From contig CM060731.1 in NCBI GenBank assembly GCA_030704615.1, forward strand, positions 35,712,001 to 35,776,000: DNA of 64,000 nt. Reading direction: 5' to 3'. Both the position numbers and the translations under genes were made by a program. Shown in pieces: positions 48,660-62,419 of the stretch; position 1 is the stretch's first letter, and each line of letters begins with the position of its first letter. A model generated the notes under the pieces. The model did not search any database, had not been told where the DNA came from, and saw only the letters and a program-made list of their open reading frames with translations. The DNA is from Takakia lepidozioides. Its lineage: Eukaryota > Plantae > Bryophyta.

Positions 48660-49486
48660 ACTGCACAAGCTACCCTAGGGCCTAGAGGTTGCACTTGGGC
48701 CTCAACATATGAGACGCACTTGGACACATAGGAAATTGCATTGGATACATAGGAGATTGGACTTGGGCTTAGATGACTCACTGCATAGAAGATCTTACAC
48801 TTGGGCTTAGATGACACTGGACACTTGGGCCAACAGCTACCCTAGAGGTCACATTTGGACATAGGAGACGCACTTGGATACATAGGGGATTGCACTTGGA
48901 CTTAGATGCCACTTGGGCCAACGGCACAGGCTACCCTAGTCAATATATGAATCAAGACGTTTGTTTTGTAGCATCATTGAGATCTCCCAAACCGCGGTGC
49001 CGTTGGAAAGCCCTCGATGAGGAGGGGTGCACCGGCTTGGTCTCATGATTTTTGGACCGGCGGTGGGGGAGATATGGAATTTCAAGTGCTTTGGGTCGTT
49101 GGAAATTTAAAAAAATAGCAAAGTGGGCTTTCCTGGAGCTATGATTGGCCCATCATGTGGCAGATTTGGAATTTCAAGTGCATTTGGTCGCTGGAAATTC
49201 ATGAAAAATAGCAAAGTGGATATATCAATATATGAAGCCTCGGCAAGGGAGATTGCAAAAATAGCAAAGTGCGCTTTGGGATGCACTTGGACTTGGACAC
49301 TAGAGGTCGCACTTGGGCCTCTACATGGGAGAAGCACTTGGATACATAGGAGATTGCAGTTGGGCTTAGATTTCAATTCTTCACACACATGCCTCGACAT
49401 AGGAGATGTACTTGGATACTTAGGGATAATGACACTGGGACTTGATGATACTGGACACTTGGGCCAACGGCACAGGCTACCCTAGT
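48660..49486 (+). mobile_element. Helitron-like non-autonomous repeats with a cacttgg(a/g) minisatellite
   Basis: Two identical ends ggccaacggcacaggctaccCTAGt (CTAG at 48936-48939 and 49482-49485). A related reverse copy is at ~59690-59800. Confidence 0.45.
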
Positions 49487-50433
49487 TGAGCTCCTATCCA
49501 ATACCATTATCCCACTGGTATTAAAAAAATATGATACCGGTACAACATTGGTAAACTCGATTTTACTATAAAAGGTACCATGAATGGAGGTCACTGTAGA
49601 AACTGCCATGTTACGCAGTTTTTGGTCCACAGTAGCCTGCAACTACCCGCCTCTTCGTTTTTTTCCCTTGGTCGGATTTGTAGGCCTTTGGTTCTGGACT
49701 TAACTTTTTCCTCTTACTCTTTGGCTCTGTAGGTCTTCTTGGTTTTCTTTTGTTTCTTTGCCTGGTTTTGGTCTCTGGGGTCATTAGCTCTGAGCTCCGA
49801 TTTGTTCTTAATGACCTCGGCGCTACAGGTGTTCCTTGCTTCCTCCTCCTCCCTCCCCCCACTAGGGAGTAGGGAGTGTGTATTCCTCCTCCTCCCCACC
49901 CCTTCATCTCTCCTTTGTTGGTTCTATTCGGTTATGGAGTAGTTTTCCCCCAGTAAGCATTCACAGCCTTAGAGGCGGTATTTTTTCCAACTGGATTTCC
50001 AAATTTTGTAATTTCGGATGTTTTGTTGTTTTGATATAAAGCTTTTCAAGGCCACCATCCCTCCTTCATTTTAAAAAAAAAAACCTCTACTGTTCTTCAT
50101 GTCACTCCAAATCTCAAAAATGGTAGTCCAATCCATGGCCTCCACTTGGAGCCCACATAAAGAAACTCGCACCAATGTATCCAAAGTCCTCAACTTTAAT
50201 CTATTTCTACGATCACTTTTTACCCAATTTTGCTTTGAGAACCCACCCATTCTGCGGACTAGGACTTAGAAAGTATACCATAGCCATATAGTAGACACAT
50301 TTTGTACGGTGGATGTGCATGTAGGGTCCGTGCTCTCGCAATGGAATTTGGCCCACTGGCAAAACTGCAATAACCATTGGAATTTGGAACCTCTGATGGC
50401 TATTGCAAATTGGGCAATGGATGGGTTGAAGCA

Positions 50434-51053
50434 CTGAGGTTTGAACGAGTGTTGGTTTGGTATGGATATCAGACCCGACTCCCGAGTATCAACCCTGGGA
50501 TAGACCTGCCTGGTCTTAAATTTTACATACCCAGGGTGATACCATTACTTGGCTTAGGGTAGGGTTTATAAGAACAGATGAATACCATGTGGTGTTGAGG
50601 GCTAGGGTTTAGTGTTGATAGTGGCTGCAACCGTCTCGCAACCCTTTTTCGACTGGTATCAATTCTTGTTGACGAGAAGTAGGATAGAGTATTATGGCGG
50701 CCATTTCGCAGCTTAGGGTATGTGGATTGTTGGGCGAACAATCAATGCTTGGATCAAGGCTCTGTATGATGCACTCACCTATGATGCACTCATCAAGTGT
50801 TTTTTTACATGAATTGAAGCCTCGTTTGATACCACATCCCAGTATGTATACCAACTGGTATTACTTGAGCACAGTTGTATATTGCTTAAGTGATTAAAAT
50901 TTTCTCAATATCCATACCAGACTGGTATTTAAATTGAAAAAATCCATGGTACCAATGTTCCCCTGGTATGTCATTTTGAGAGCCACCCATATACCAGGAC
51001 CAGCCTGGTATCAAAAAATGTTGATACCAGACCAACACTGGTTTGAACCCTTG
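50434..51053. mobile_element. MITE with ~30-bp imperfect TIRs and ATACC/GGTAT subterminal motifs
   Basis: ctgaggtttgaacgagtgttggtttggtat vs ataccagaccaacactggtttgaacccttg. Related fragments at ~28850-29290. Confidence 0.55.
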
Positions 51054-51729
51054 ACTCTTGAGGCTTGAACCCTTCATTATTAAGCACTTGTACCTTGAGG
51101 CTTGAACCATTCATTATTTAACTTAGACTCTCATTTGCAAGGTTTTTTTTCTTAAAGCCCTTCCTGATGAAAGGTTCAGATTTTACCTGGCCTTTCATTT
51201 GAAGGGCCCTGATTTCACTTGCCCTTCATATGGAGCATGAAGGGCATTGCAGTCTTCAAAAATAGACACTGTCCCATGGTGGGGATGAGGCAGTGGGCCC
51301 CTCGTAGAAGGCTCCACCACCTCCTTCAGAGAGTATATAAAGAAGGGAAGAGCTACATTTTACAGGTTTTGTGGCCTCCACCTCCTTGGGTGGGCTCTGC
51401 AAGCAGATCCCCGTTAAAAAAAAAACGTAAACTTAAACCATCTTCAAATGAGTAGAAATATAGCCCCCAAGTTTGCATGGCTTTGTGCATTAACGGATGC
51501 TCCAGGAATGAAAAAGGGGATAATAGTAAGGTACACAAGGATTTTCTCCAAAACAATAGACAGCTCTTACATGGCAGATGATTCAGGCGCCCATTTGGGA
51601 GGTGTCAGGTGCTGGTTTCTTTAGGGGTGACATGTGTGGGTCAGCATGGGTCCACCAGCAATGGTCCACCATGGTCGGGCCCGCCTTGAGACTCAGAGGG
51701 CTCTCCTCCCCACTTCTTATTACTACCAA

Positions 51730-53185
51730 TTTATTGTAGAATAATAGGAATTTTTGACTTAGTGACAATTTTAAGAACTTTTTAATATCTTTTTCATCAA
51801 TATATTCTGCAATACCTTTGATATTGCTGCGATAGAGCAGTGTTCTTCAATATCTTGTATGCAGCCGATAGTCTATCCTGGACTGAATGATAGAAGAAAT
51901 GAATGAATAATTGTAAAGGATGGATGAAGGAGTTTGAGCGGTTATTACAGTTGTTGGAGCGCTCTGCTATATATTGCGTTTATGAGAAGCAGATAGGGTC
52001 AGTTGAGCCAGAGAGCCGTGACCGGAGTAGGGAGAGTAGAGTGAGTAGGAGATAGACTATAGAGTTATTCTGCAATGGTAGATTTAGTACTACGTTCTTG
52101 CAATGTTGTGATTTATGAATCAATAGAAGGAGAAAACGGAAGTGCAATTCACTTTGTGTATGTGTGAAGAATGGAGTGATGGAATGAGAATGTGATTATG
52201 TGTACAAGAACTGAAGAACCATAATTATATGAGATGGTGAGAATGCGCACAAATGAAAAAGATAAGAATTCGGTGTGAGAATTAATTTCTGATCTACCAA
52301 GAGAAATATCGATAGGTGGATATCCCAAGCCCAAGAAGGAGCAGATTAAGGAAACGAAGATAGAGAGACTCTTCAATTGGATTAATGGTAGGAGTACAAC
52401 AGTGAAGTAAAATCATTTGCATGGCAGAAATCAATGATGAGGGAACAAAAGAAGTATCAGAGTTGATCACTGAATTACTAGATCATTTATCGATAATAAT
52501 CTTTCAGAAGCTTTGTTGTAGCGATAAAGAAGTATTCTTATTGCAATTAGTCAATAGAGGATGGTATAGAGAGATATCCATCCTATACAGATACAAGAGT
52601 TGTTATTGGAAGCACAGTTGGTTGTAGAAGTGGTATCGACCATTTGAAGGCTATCCTGAACTTATGAGAGAATGAGATCATAATTTTGGTGAGGGGAAAT
52701 CCCTGGAGCAACTGGAGAAACATAATTGGTGGTAAAGAGTGATTGCTAGTGATGTGTGAAGGAGAACGGATAGCCTATCCTGTAAAACTAATTACTGGAC
52801 TGCCTAATAGTTTGTCGCTAAAAGATTGCAATGTAGTGACAAAGAGATAATCAATTTATGGTTAGTAAATAAAGGATGGTATCGAGAGCTGTTGACATTG
52901 TATCAGAGAGATTACTAGAGAAGAGTAGTAGATGAGCAATGGTATTTGATCTCATACAATGGGATAGAGTTGATAGAGAGTGGAGGAAGTATCATTGAAA
53001 TTGGTAGGATCTTAGTTGCTATAGATTGAGGTAAGTAATGGTAGAACGTCTTCAGTGGGGAGAATGAAGAGAAGTAGGGTAGCAGGGCATCATTATGTAT
53101 TAGTCGTATAGTGCTTTCCCCAGCGAACGAACTCTAGACTGATTGATCCTTTTCTTTAGGGTTGATTATAGTTTTATTCTATATT
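51730..53185 (-). mobile_element. Unclassified ~1.45-kb insertion, possibly a decayed LINE
   Basis: Splits the repeat that is contiguous at 27189-27420. Strongly purine-skewed + strand. No intact ORF. Confidence 0.4.
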
Positions 53186-53399
53186 TACTAAATTAGTAAC
53201 TACTTTAGTGGGCTCTGCACACGCAGGGGCAAAAAAAAATGCAAACATGAAGCGTACCCATATCAAGTTACAAAACAACATTTCATTTCTGCCTCCCGTC
53301 GCTATCATGTCTCCTCCGCCGTTGGAGGGGCCTTTCGTGCCGTGGCTTCTACTTTACCGTTCAGGGCCGACCTATGGCTCTCGACATGCGGAGGCTGTC

Positions 53400-56300
53400 G
53401 TCTCATTGCACTTGGTAGTCTTGTTCCTAATCGTTGCTGGCCAATTGATGAATGCTTTGACAGAGATACATGTATGTAACTTAGCAGGCGTCAATATCTT
53501 CACTTAATTTCACCCACATTAATGAGCTTGTTGAATTGAAATTTGTTCTTCGGATTGAAGATTGTAAACGGAGAAGCTGATCAATACTAACTTAGACCAC
53601 ATGGGTCGTATGCAAGAACTGTGGAAATGCACGTCCAAAATTGTGCTAATCTTGTGCCTCAACTGAAGCATAGAGAGAATGCTGGTGCACCAAAGGTCCT
53701 TTCTATGACACTGGCTCATGTAGAATTTTTTTCATGTAAGGCGAGAGCTCTGTGAGTGTTGCGAAACCATCTATTTTTTTAAAGACTATGTGCATCATGT
53801 GCGCAACGTTGAAATGCATATTTTTGCAGACTCTGGGGACCGCGGATGGGTGGAGGAGCTCTCAAACTAACTTTTGCATGTTGCTATCAACCACCTTCAG
53901 TATGTGGGTAGTAACCTTGTCCTCGGTGGATTCGGGATGCTCTTTCACGTAGCTGAGCGTCACAAATGACTTCTTCTTGTTTGCTTGACTTGATCCCCTC
54001 TGCATAAAGTTCAAACATGTCCATCCTCAGTTCTACATTCATTTCCAACTGAAATTAACGAGGAAGTAACGGATCCAACTCGGGAATAGATTAATTGAAA
54101 TATCAAATTGGATGTTATGATAGAACTACAAACCTTGAGTTCTTGGAAATCCTCGAGAAGGCCACCGATTTGGTTGACGCACCGCATCAAATTATGGTAG
54201 TCTGTACTCGCCATCAATTTATCAGTTAGCGTCTCGCCTGCAAAGAAAAGGGAGCACACCAGACATGGCTCCAATGCAATGGAGGGTGAATGTGCGATCT
54301 CCATGTACTCGTCAAGAGTCGGCGTATAACCTGACTCAACCCACTCGGCCTCAGTCAGCCGTGATGCGATCCACCTAGTCCACTGCAAGAAAAAGTGATG
54401 AGCATAATCAATTCTATATCAATATGTAAGAACTCGTACTACTCAAGCGCTGATTGAAAAGTGATACAAACAATCAAGTCGAGGGAGCGTTCCATGCTCC
54501 TGATGTTCAATAACATAATGTTGTATATATATATATATATATATATATATGACGCCAGCCGAAGCTCATAATAGATATATACAGCTGATTGCCATTGATC
54601 ATTAAGACACATTCCAAGGAGAATGTTCAAAGGAGTCACGCTCAGAGGGCCCAGAGCCCAAATGACTCTTCCAAAATGCACATGAGGGGGAAATGTTGGT
54701 CTCACCTCCTGAGAGCCGTCGAAAATATCCGTAGCTCGTCAATACTACTGGCCCCATTGAAGTAGTCATCGAGGGCAGTTGTGGGAATAGAACACCTTGC
54801 CCATACCAGCCGGGCTTGGCCCATCTCTTGCTCAAACATCATTGCAGCTCCTAAAAAGTAGCAGTTCTCCACAGTTTTTGGGGAGACTAGTAGCTTTGAA
54901 CCTTCCAATATGCTTTGTGAATTCCACCTGCAGCTCGTAGATAATATTCCAACTATGAGGGGAAATGATTCCTGTCATGACTGGCTTATATTATTATAGG
55001 ACCCCAAGGAAGAAAACCTATGCCAAAACGATTCTGACTTGAGACGATCTAGCGCTTAGTACTCACTTGAAAATTGCCTCGAGCTCTTTCTGGTGGATCC
55101 GCTGACACATATTGAAGTCTTCCTTCGCTAAGCTCAAATATATCTCGTTGTTGACATAAGGCGTCCTGAGGCAAGAGGTCCAATAACTTTAGGCTGTGCA
55201 TCTGACATTATTTCACGCACTTGTTGATACTGCTTCAACCCATACTTCCTCCACAATATTCGGCCTTACGTATCGTACATATGAGGGTCTTTGAAACAGT
55301 AGGAAATGTTAATAAGCTCAATATTTCCTCCTCTAATAGCCCCTGATCACTTACGAAGAAGTTCATATTCTTTTGTAGAATTGTTAGGTGATGAAAGACC
55401 ACCTGTACAATACTTTTCCAATCCAAGAATTGTCAACGCCATACTGATCAAGGTAGATTTAGTGCTCAATGCGCGGGAGGCTTGCATACCATGGGAATTC
55501 TAGTGCATACTCCACCTTCAGGCCACAAACACACGTGTATAACCCCATTGCTCAAGATAAATAATCTCATCCATTGGATTTATAGACATACACACTATTT
55601 GCTACTTAATCTTACCAGTAATGGCTCTAATGACATATCTGTGTTTGTTGGCCTTGCTTTGACATCTGGGATAGGTTTTCGACGTCACTTTGAATGCTAC
55701 TTCATCTCCTCGAATATAAATTCCCTCTGTTTTAAGGTGAGAAAGTGGACCTCGCCTAGAGAGCTGAACAATACTGGAACTGGATGATTCAAGTAAGAAG
55801 CTGACTGAAAAATTCGCAAGAAAATAGTTATCCACTTATAAAGGAAGTGTGATTCTGAACTGATATGAAAGCACGGCAGGCTTGGGAAGCGAGTTATGGT
55901 ACCTCACCTGAAAGGTCTTTAGCGAGGATCCACTTGTCATGACATTCATTCCTAACCACCTCGTCTTGCAGATGTGTTCATGCGACTGCTCTTCCAGCTT
56001 CTAGGATAGTTTCTCTGGCGAGCAGTATTTGTGAGGCTCGATAGAAGTTGTAAGAATAGGTGACAGAGTCTCGAGCTTCTCCAGGAAGATCCATGAACAT
56101 CCCATCCTTATAGAACTCGTTGAAGCAATCTAGGAACAAAAAATCTTGAAATGTCAGAGTTGAAAAGGGAAAAAGAAGATGACCCTTGAGCACTAGGATT
56201 GCTCATTAGAGGCTCTACCAGTTAAAAATGGAACGAGAAAGAAAAAGAGAACGTTGAGCCCTCTCCAAACTTAATCACTCCGCTAGTAACCCTTGATACA

Positions 56301-57370
56301 GTGCATTAATGTTGTGCCTAGAGAGAGTTAGCACTAAGGACTACAAAAGGAGGCCAGAAGGATGCCTACGTACTAGTGGACACATCGAAGCCATGAAGGC
56401 GGGGCAAACGGAATGCCATGCAAGTGTCATCCAAGTCCGTCAAATCTGTGTTATTGCTCCAACAGATGCCATCGTCTGTCCAACTTCTGTTTCCCACAAA
56501 TGAACACATGTAGCTTAGTGTCACTTTGGTGTTTTGGACCCATCCACTTGCCTGGATCACAACCCATTAAGAATCCTAAGCTCATATTGTCGATCTTAAT
56601 CTATTAGTTTGACATTAAATCGATAAAGTATTGATACTGTAGTACCTACAATATAGTACATGCAATATATGTCGAACGCTTGTAACTCGCTCTTTGATGG
56701 CCTGTAAAATCGACCTTGGAGTATTGAAAGATCCAAGAATACGTTCTACTGCAGCCTCGGATCTTACTTGTACACATATTCAAGGGAGTCCTTAATCTCG
56801 TCCTTGAAATAGCGGGAAATTCCAAGGCGCTCAAGGCGGTCTACCATCCACAAACGCTCAAACAAGTCCACTGGATGCACATTGGGCACTGCACACACCG
56901 ACCCGCACTGATGCAGTCAATTCATTTTCCGCAGTCCGCTTACAAACGTTGAACACTACAATCCAATAATATGTATTTAATTTATACCTTTCGAACAACC
57001 TGAAATTCCTCCAACATGAAAGTTTAGTCAAGGTCGACAAATGATACCAATTTATTAATACACTTCTGGACAGTTTCCGTCTTTTGTTCCAGATCTAAGA
57101 ACCCTTCTCAAAATTCCTCACGGAAGCAGTACCTAATAATCATGTCACAGTACCTGCGTTGTGGAATTTGGTAAGAAGTTTTTTCAAGTAGTCATGGCAC
57201 TTCTTGTCCTTCGTGTACATGAGAACACAAGCAGTGGAGGCCGGAGAGAAATACAAGGAGCCGTTGCTCAATTGAAGCTTTATTAGTTTGTTCCAATCCA
57301 CTTCCCTGTGAAGCCCCTCCAAAGAAAACAAAAGTGACGTGGGGTGATTGTGCAATATCTCCATGCAAAT
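53400..57370 (-). pseudogene. Diterpene synthase beta/alpha-domain exons (inverted continuation of 31438-32486)
   Basis: EILHNHPTSLLFSLEGL…[63 protein letters not shown] (DxDD), YRASQI, DFNMCQ.IHQKEL, TTALDDYFN, EAEW..SGY.PTLDEY. Confidence 0.9.
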
Positions 57371-58321
57371 TTTAAAAAAACATTAAAAAATAAAAATAAA
57401 AATAATTAATGTTAAAAACAAAACAAAACACTGTTGTCTGATATGTGCCGGCGCATATGAGGGCCACTGTCCCTTGTTTTATAAGACAAAAATTAAAAAA
57501 TATTAAAAAAAAAACAATAAACACTATTGTCTGGTATGTGCCGGCGTATTCGTAATATGAGGGTTGTCCCCTGTTCTGTAAAAACATTAAAATTAAAAAA
57601 TTAAAAACAAAAATTAAAAATATTTGTTTTAAAAAAAAACACTATTGTCTTGTATGCGCCGGTGCATACGAAATATGAGGGCTGCAAAGGAGATAAAAAA
57701 ATAAAAAATAAAATAAAAATAAAACGCAGGAAACCGTTCTAAGATTATTCCTGCTGAGGATGGTCTGCTGCACAGAAGCTCCACGACTTTGTCTTCCTGC
57801 TAACTCTATCCGATCCTCTCAAACAATCAACTTTTAGAGACACTGCCTACTCCACCTCTCTAGCGTCCGCCATTGTCCTTCTTTTCCTCCTCCCTGTTTG
57901 TCCACCTCCCTGTCTGTATCAGATTCGTTCCCTCTATGATTGCATATGCATTATTGGGTGCGTGCATGTGGCGGGATTGCATACGTACGTACACACACGA
58001 CGCAGCCACATTCATCTATGCAGAGAACTATGCATCCACATCCACTATTTCATCCCGGACATCCTGGATAATGTTCTATTCAAACACAACGACATTCATC
58101 CATTTCCTAGCATGCAAGGACTTGGGTTTGTAAACCACGTCTAAATGGATGAAACAGATGGATGGAATGGATGTAACTGATGTCATTTGCAATGACTGAA
58201 AAAAGGTTAATCAATCCGCGGAAATAGGCCCTGCAAGTCCGGAACTCCATGCTGACATGGCGTGAGCCTTTGCTGGGCTCACGGGCTCCTGGGCTCACAG
58301 GCTCACGGAATAGCAACCCTG
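57371..58321 (-). mobile_element. Other arm of the non-autonomous TIR element (inverted)
   Basis: Starts CAGGGTTGCTA on the minus strand with GTGAGC repeats and the same minisatellite. Preceded by CAATTGAAG (58330-58322). Confidence 0.7.
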
Positions 58322-58852
58322 CTTCAATTGGTGGACTGTAACTGAATGACCGATATCTTGCATACGTAAATTAATCCAGTCCACCACTTTATCTTCCTCT
58401 TCCACTAAGAAAACACCTTTAGCACCTACTTTTCTTTGCTTTGTTTTCCCATTGAGGTGATCTAGCAATGAAGTATATTAAGGAATGTTCCAATGTTGAC
58501 CTGCTTGTCTTATGCTCATGGTACCTCTTTCCACGACATCCATTGCTTCTTCAAGCGCATCATCACTCCATAACCCTCTTTTTGTCTTGTCTTTCCCTCG
58601 TCTCTCGCTTTCTTGTTGACCCGGGGTTGTGGATGGTGGAGTTGGTGTTGCACAAAGGGGTTCAATAGTGGCTGGAACTGCCGCTGATTTTGACCGGTTT
58701 GCTTTCTTCCCTCTTTTGTTGGTTTGAGCGGAAGCATTGCAAGCTGTTGATTCTGATGTATGACCACCTTTGACAAGCTTTTTTTTCTTGGCCACATTTG
58801 TAGAGCTAGGAGTAGATCTTCTGCTAACCATTGCAATGCAGTATTGATCCAA
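58322..58852 (-). pseudogene. N-terminal part (HTH_psq-like) of the pogo-like transposase
   Basis: RGLWSDDALEEAMDVVERGTMSIRQAGQHWNIP, then EEEDKVVDWI…MQDIGHSVTVHQLK, which joins QLKLKVAE at 45239. Confidence 0.8.
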
Positions 58853-60467
58853 CTATAAACACATCAATGACTAAGTAATTATTTCATTTTCAAACTAGCG
58901 TCTAGTACTCGGGATGTCAATCAATTTCACTGGCCACTCCAATCCACGACCTTTGTACCACTTTGCTACGTTCAGCCTTTTTGGTTTCTCTCCTATGTAA
59001 GGATGCTTCCCCCATGGATGAACAGACCTGTGATGCACCCAACTTTCTATAAAGTCATATAAGATTTTCCTGTGCATAGGTTTTGTAGAGTGGCTGACCT
59101 TCTATGAATTCATGAAATAGTCTAAATTTATCCCAATCTAAGTCTTCTTCTTCCCCATCATTTTTTATCCCCTTAGGCAACCACCTTTTCACTGACTCTA
59201 TCCTCTTCCCAAAACGCACTTTCTTCACAGTGGATGTCCACTTGAAATACTCATAATCTGCAAAATGCTGTTTCACCAAGATGTCTACAGGGTTTTGTCC
59301 TAAAACTCGTTCCTTGCTGAAGTTTCGAACTACTCTGCAAATGCTTGTTGCCGCCAACAATAAGAAAGATTCAAAACACATATTCAAATTGCAAAGCGCG
59401 CTTACTCAAAGTCGAAATAAAAGCCATTGCAAGACTGCACAATGACTAGTGGAAATCCTGAAAGTGTGTAATGTATGACAAACCCCTCGTATCATGATAA
59501 AAATCCAAAGTTGTCAAGACCACATTCATCCATAGTCCTTTCATCTGTGCATGGCCATGCAAGTGGGGTCAGTAAGACAATCAGTCGTGCGCCTATTACC
59601 ATACAATGCCTCGTCCATGCCAAGTATTCACCCCATAGGTTGCCTGTCAGACTGACCAGTAATGGGGTGGTGGTTGGTGATAGGGTGTTCTACCCTAGCG
59701 CGTGCCGTTGGCCCAAGACTCGAGTGTCATCTAAGTCCAAGTGCAATCCCCTATGTATCCAAGTGCGTCTCCTTATATGTCGAGGCCCATGTGTGAAGAA
59801 TTTAAATCAATATACTAAATGAACAACAAAATGAGCAATAGTGTAAGGTGATGCAGAGATTGGAATTTGGTGAAAGAGTTAGAAATTTATACTAATACTT
59901 ATAAATATACAGTTATACATTTAAAAAACCAATTTTTTTTTCAAGAATTTATTGAGTAGCATTATATCATATCGTAAATTTGCACTAGCACATTATGAAA
60001 CATAATGTGTTTGATTACGACTTGCAGGCCTATGAGAGGGCGGCAGACTCAATCCTTTACGTTATGGAATGGCCGCAACATGCCATGATGGCGGTTTCGG
60101 TGGCAGCTCGCCATCATCTTACCCACCACAATGTCATGTTGTGGCCCATACCATAGCACATTATTGATATATCTCCAGTCGGCGAGGCTACAACAACAAG
60201 CGGGGCAACATTCTGATTCCGTATACCAATAACAATGGGGGAACATTCTGATTCCCTACTATTGTAGGGAATGGACAAGCCGCTGGCGTAATCTGCTTGG
60301 CGAGCCACCCGCAGATTCGCCAGTGACGCGCCCATTCCTTAGCGTTTTGGGGCCTATAGAGCCAATCAGAGGCTGGAGATCCTAATAAAGTCAAACTGAC
60401 GAGTTATGCTGACTCATTATGCGCACCCCGCGCATTCTGCTTTTTAATTTGCCTCTAAAACGGCATT

Positions 60468-60888
60468 ATCTGCCTCAAAAATCCTTTACGTACTAGAGAA
60501 CTCGCCCCCTGGGGCGCATTATGGCTCCTAGTGAGTCACTAGGGCGAGTCCGGTAGGCCGAGACCTAGGACGAACTACCGGCCTCGCCCTAGTGACTTAC
60601 TAGGAGCCATAATGTGCCATAGGGGGCGCGTCTCTGGCGTAAGGAAATTTTGGGGGCAGATTCTGCGAGGCCCTGATTGGTTGCAGGCCATAATAAGCCA
60701 TTAAAAGTCAAACAGCCGATTAGGAATGCAGAATGCGCCAGCGCCGTGGAGCGTCGATTTTCTGCTTGCTAATTTGCCTAAAAAATGGCAGAATCTGCCC
60801 CCAAAATCCTTTACGTACTAGATAATGGCCACCGGGCGGACCCGGCAATCGGCGGGGCTGCGAGCAGGGTCAACCGGTGGCCATTATC
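60468..60888. repeat. Cluster of long inverted repeats
   Basis: ~90-bp imperfect arms 60468-60556 / 60575-60661. Perfect 15-bp stem 60821-60835 / 60874-60888. Confidence 0.8.
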
Positions 60889-61124
60889 GAAGGTATTTGG
60901 AATGGGGGAGTATTACTGGGGCCATAAACCCCAGAGGTCGCTATCAGAGCTACAATAGCCAAAAATAACCTGCCATGTGGTGCAATGTGGCAAACTCCCT
61001 TGACAAGTGAAGGGCCAAACCCTGCGAAACGTAGGGTGACAGCTGTAATACGACCCCATGTCCAATTACGTGTAGGGGAAGGCCCTGAGTGGAGGGCCTT
61101 CCCCAACATCATACCCTAACCTAG

Positions 61125-62324
61125 TAGGGCCTTACGATACCATTGTTGGGCGGATATATGAATTTCCCTGATATACCCGCCGGGTATATCAGGGTATATT
61201 GATATATATATACCTTGGTGTGGCAAGTTTAGGTACCCGGATGTATACCCTTATATCAGGGTATATTTTTATGGTATACCCTTATCCTTATATTTACCAT
61301 GCATCAAGACGCTCAATATACCCTACTTTCCTGAAGGGTATATGTTAAAATGAAGGGTATATCTAATCACGGTATATAAGGGCCTTTATGTGCCTTCATA
61401 GCCTTTATGTGCTAGGTCTTTTCTCTTTTTGTTGTGTTGTTAGGGAGCCTTGAGCTATAAGAAAGCTCCAATCACAGCTAAAACAAATGTTACATATATA
61501 TCATTCCTTAAATGTCATATAACCCAAACAATGCCTCTTCAGATCTCGCATATATATATATATATAAAAGAAAACCTGACGGCCCACAATTTAGGTCCTT
61601 GAGGGGTTTTTATTTATTTAAGGAAATCTGGGAGCGACAGCCCACAATTCAAGCCCTTGAGGAGGGGGAAAGATTAACCCCCTTTCATTTATGGGCCATG
61701 AGACCTACAGGACGATCAACGCCCAAACATATCGTCACACGAACAATCCCACACACGGGGCAGGGCAGCGGGTTCGAACCCCGAACCACCTGAGTGACAC
61801 ACACTGTGCACTTACAAGCTGAGCTACTAGCCGACGTGCTTTTAAGAAAATCTCAAACCTCCTCCATCTTGCATTGGAAATTAACACTAAAATATTGTGC
61901 AATATCTTATCAATTTTCTCTTTTACCATAGATTGTTTTGTTTTGTTTTTTTTTTTTTTTTTTTTTTTTGTGTGTTTTGTACATATTGAAGAACATCTTG
62001 TGAGCAGTCGCTCCCAGGTTTCCTTTTTGAAAAAGAAAAAGAAAAAGAAAAAGAATCATATATTCGTTAAAACCATTAAATTATATATTAATGGAAATAA
62101 CTATCCATACCCGGAAACTATTCATACCCTCAGGGTATATTTTGGCATATATATCCATACCCGGGGGTTATGTAGAAATCTGAAAAGTTAATTTACCCAT
62201 ACCCGGAGGGTAAATAATTTTTTGAGATTTCAATTTATCCATACCCGGATAGTAAATGATTTGACAAAAATAATTTACTTATACCCTAAGGGTATATTGA
62301 AATCAATATACCCGTACGACACTG
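61125..62324. mobile_element. Probable non-autonomous hAT-like element with ATACCC subterminal repeats
   Basis: Dense ataccc/gggtat motifs at both ends. Weak TIR tagggccttacg…cgtacgacactg. Confidence 0.4.
61550..61833 (-). mobile_element. tRNA-derived SINE
   Basis: Minus strand GGCTAGTAGCTCAGCTTG (A box)…TGTCAC…GGTTCGAACCC (B box), then an unrelated body ending in TTTT(AT)n. The cloverleaf is degenerate. Confidence 0.7.
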
Positions 62325-62419
62325 TACGATACCTACCAGCCTACCTGCCAGCCTAGCAGGAGCTTACAAATTTGTAAGGTACTGTACCTCCAAAAACAGG
62401 AGGAATGTTCTGCTCGGTA

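Noticed and set aside
61758-61833. Functional tRNA gene
   Set aside because: The acceptor and anticodon stems pair poorly, and the sequence continues into a SINE-like body and tail.
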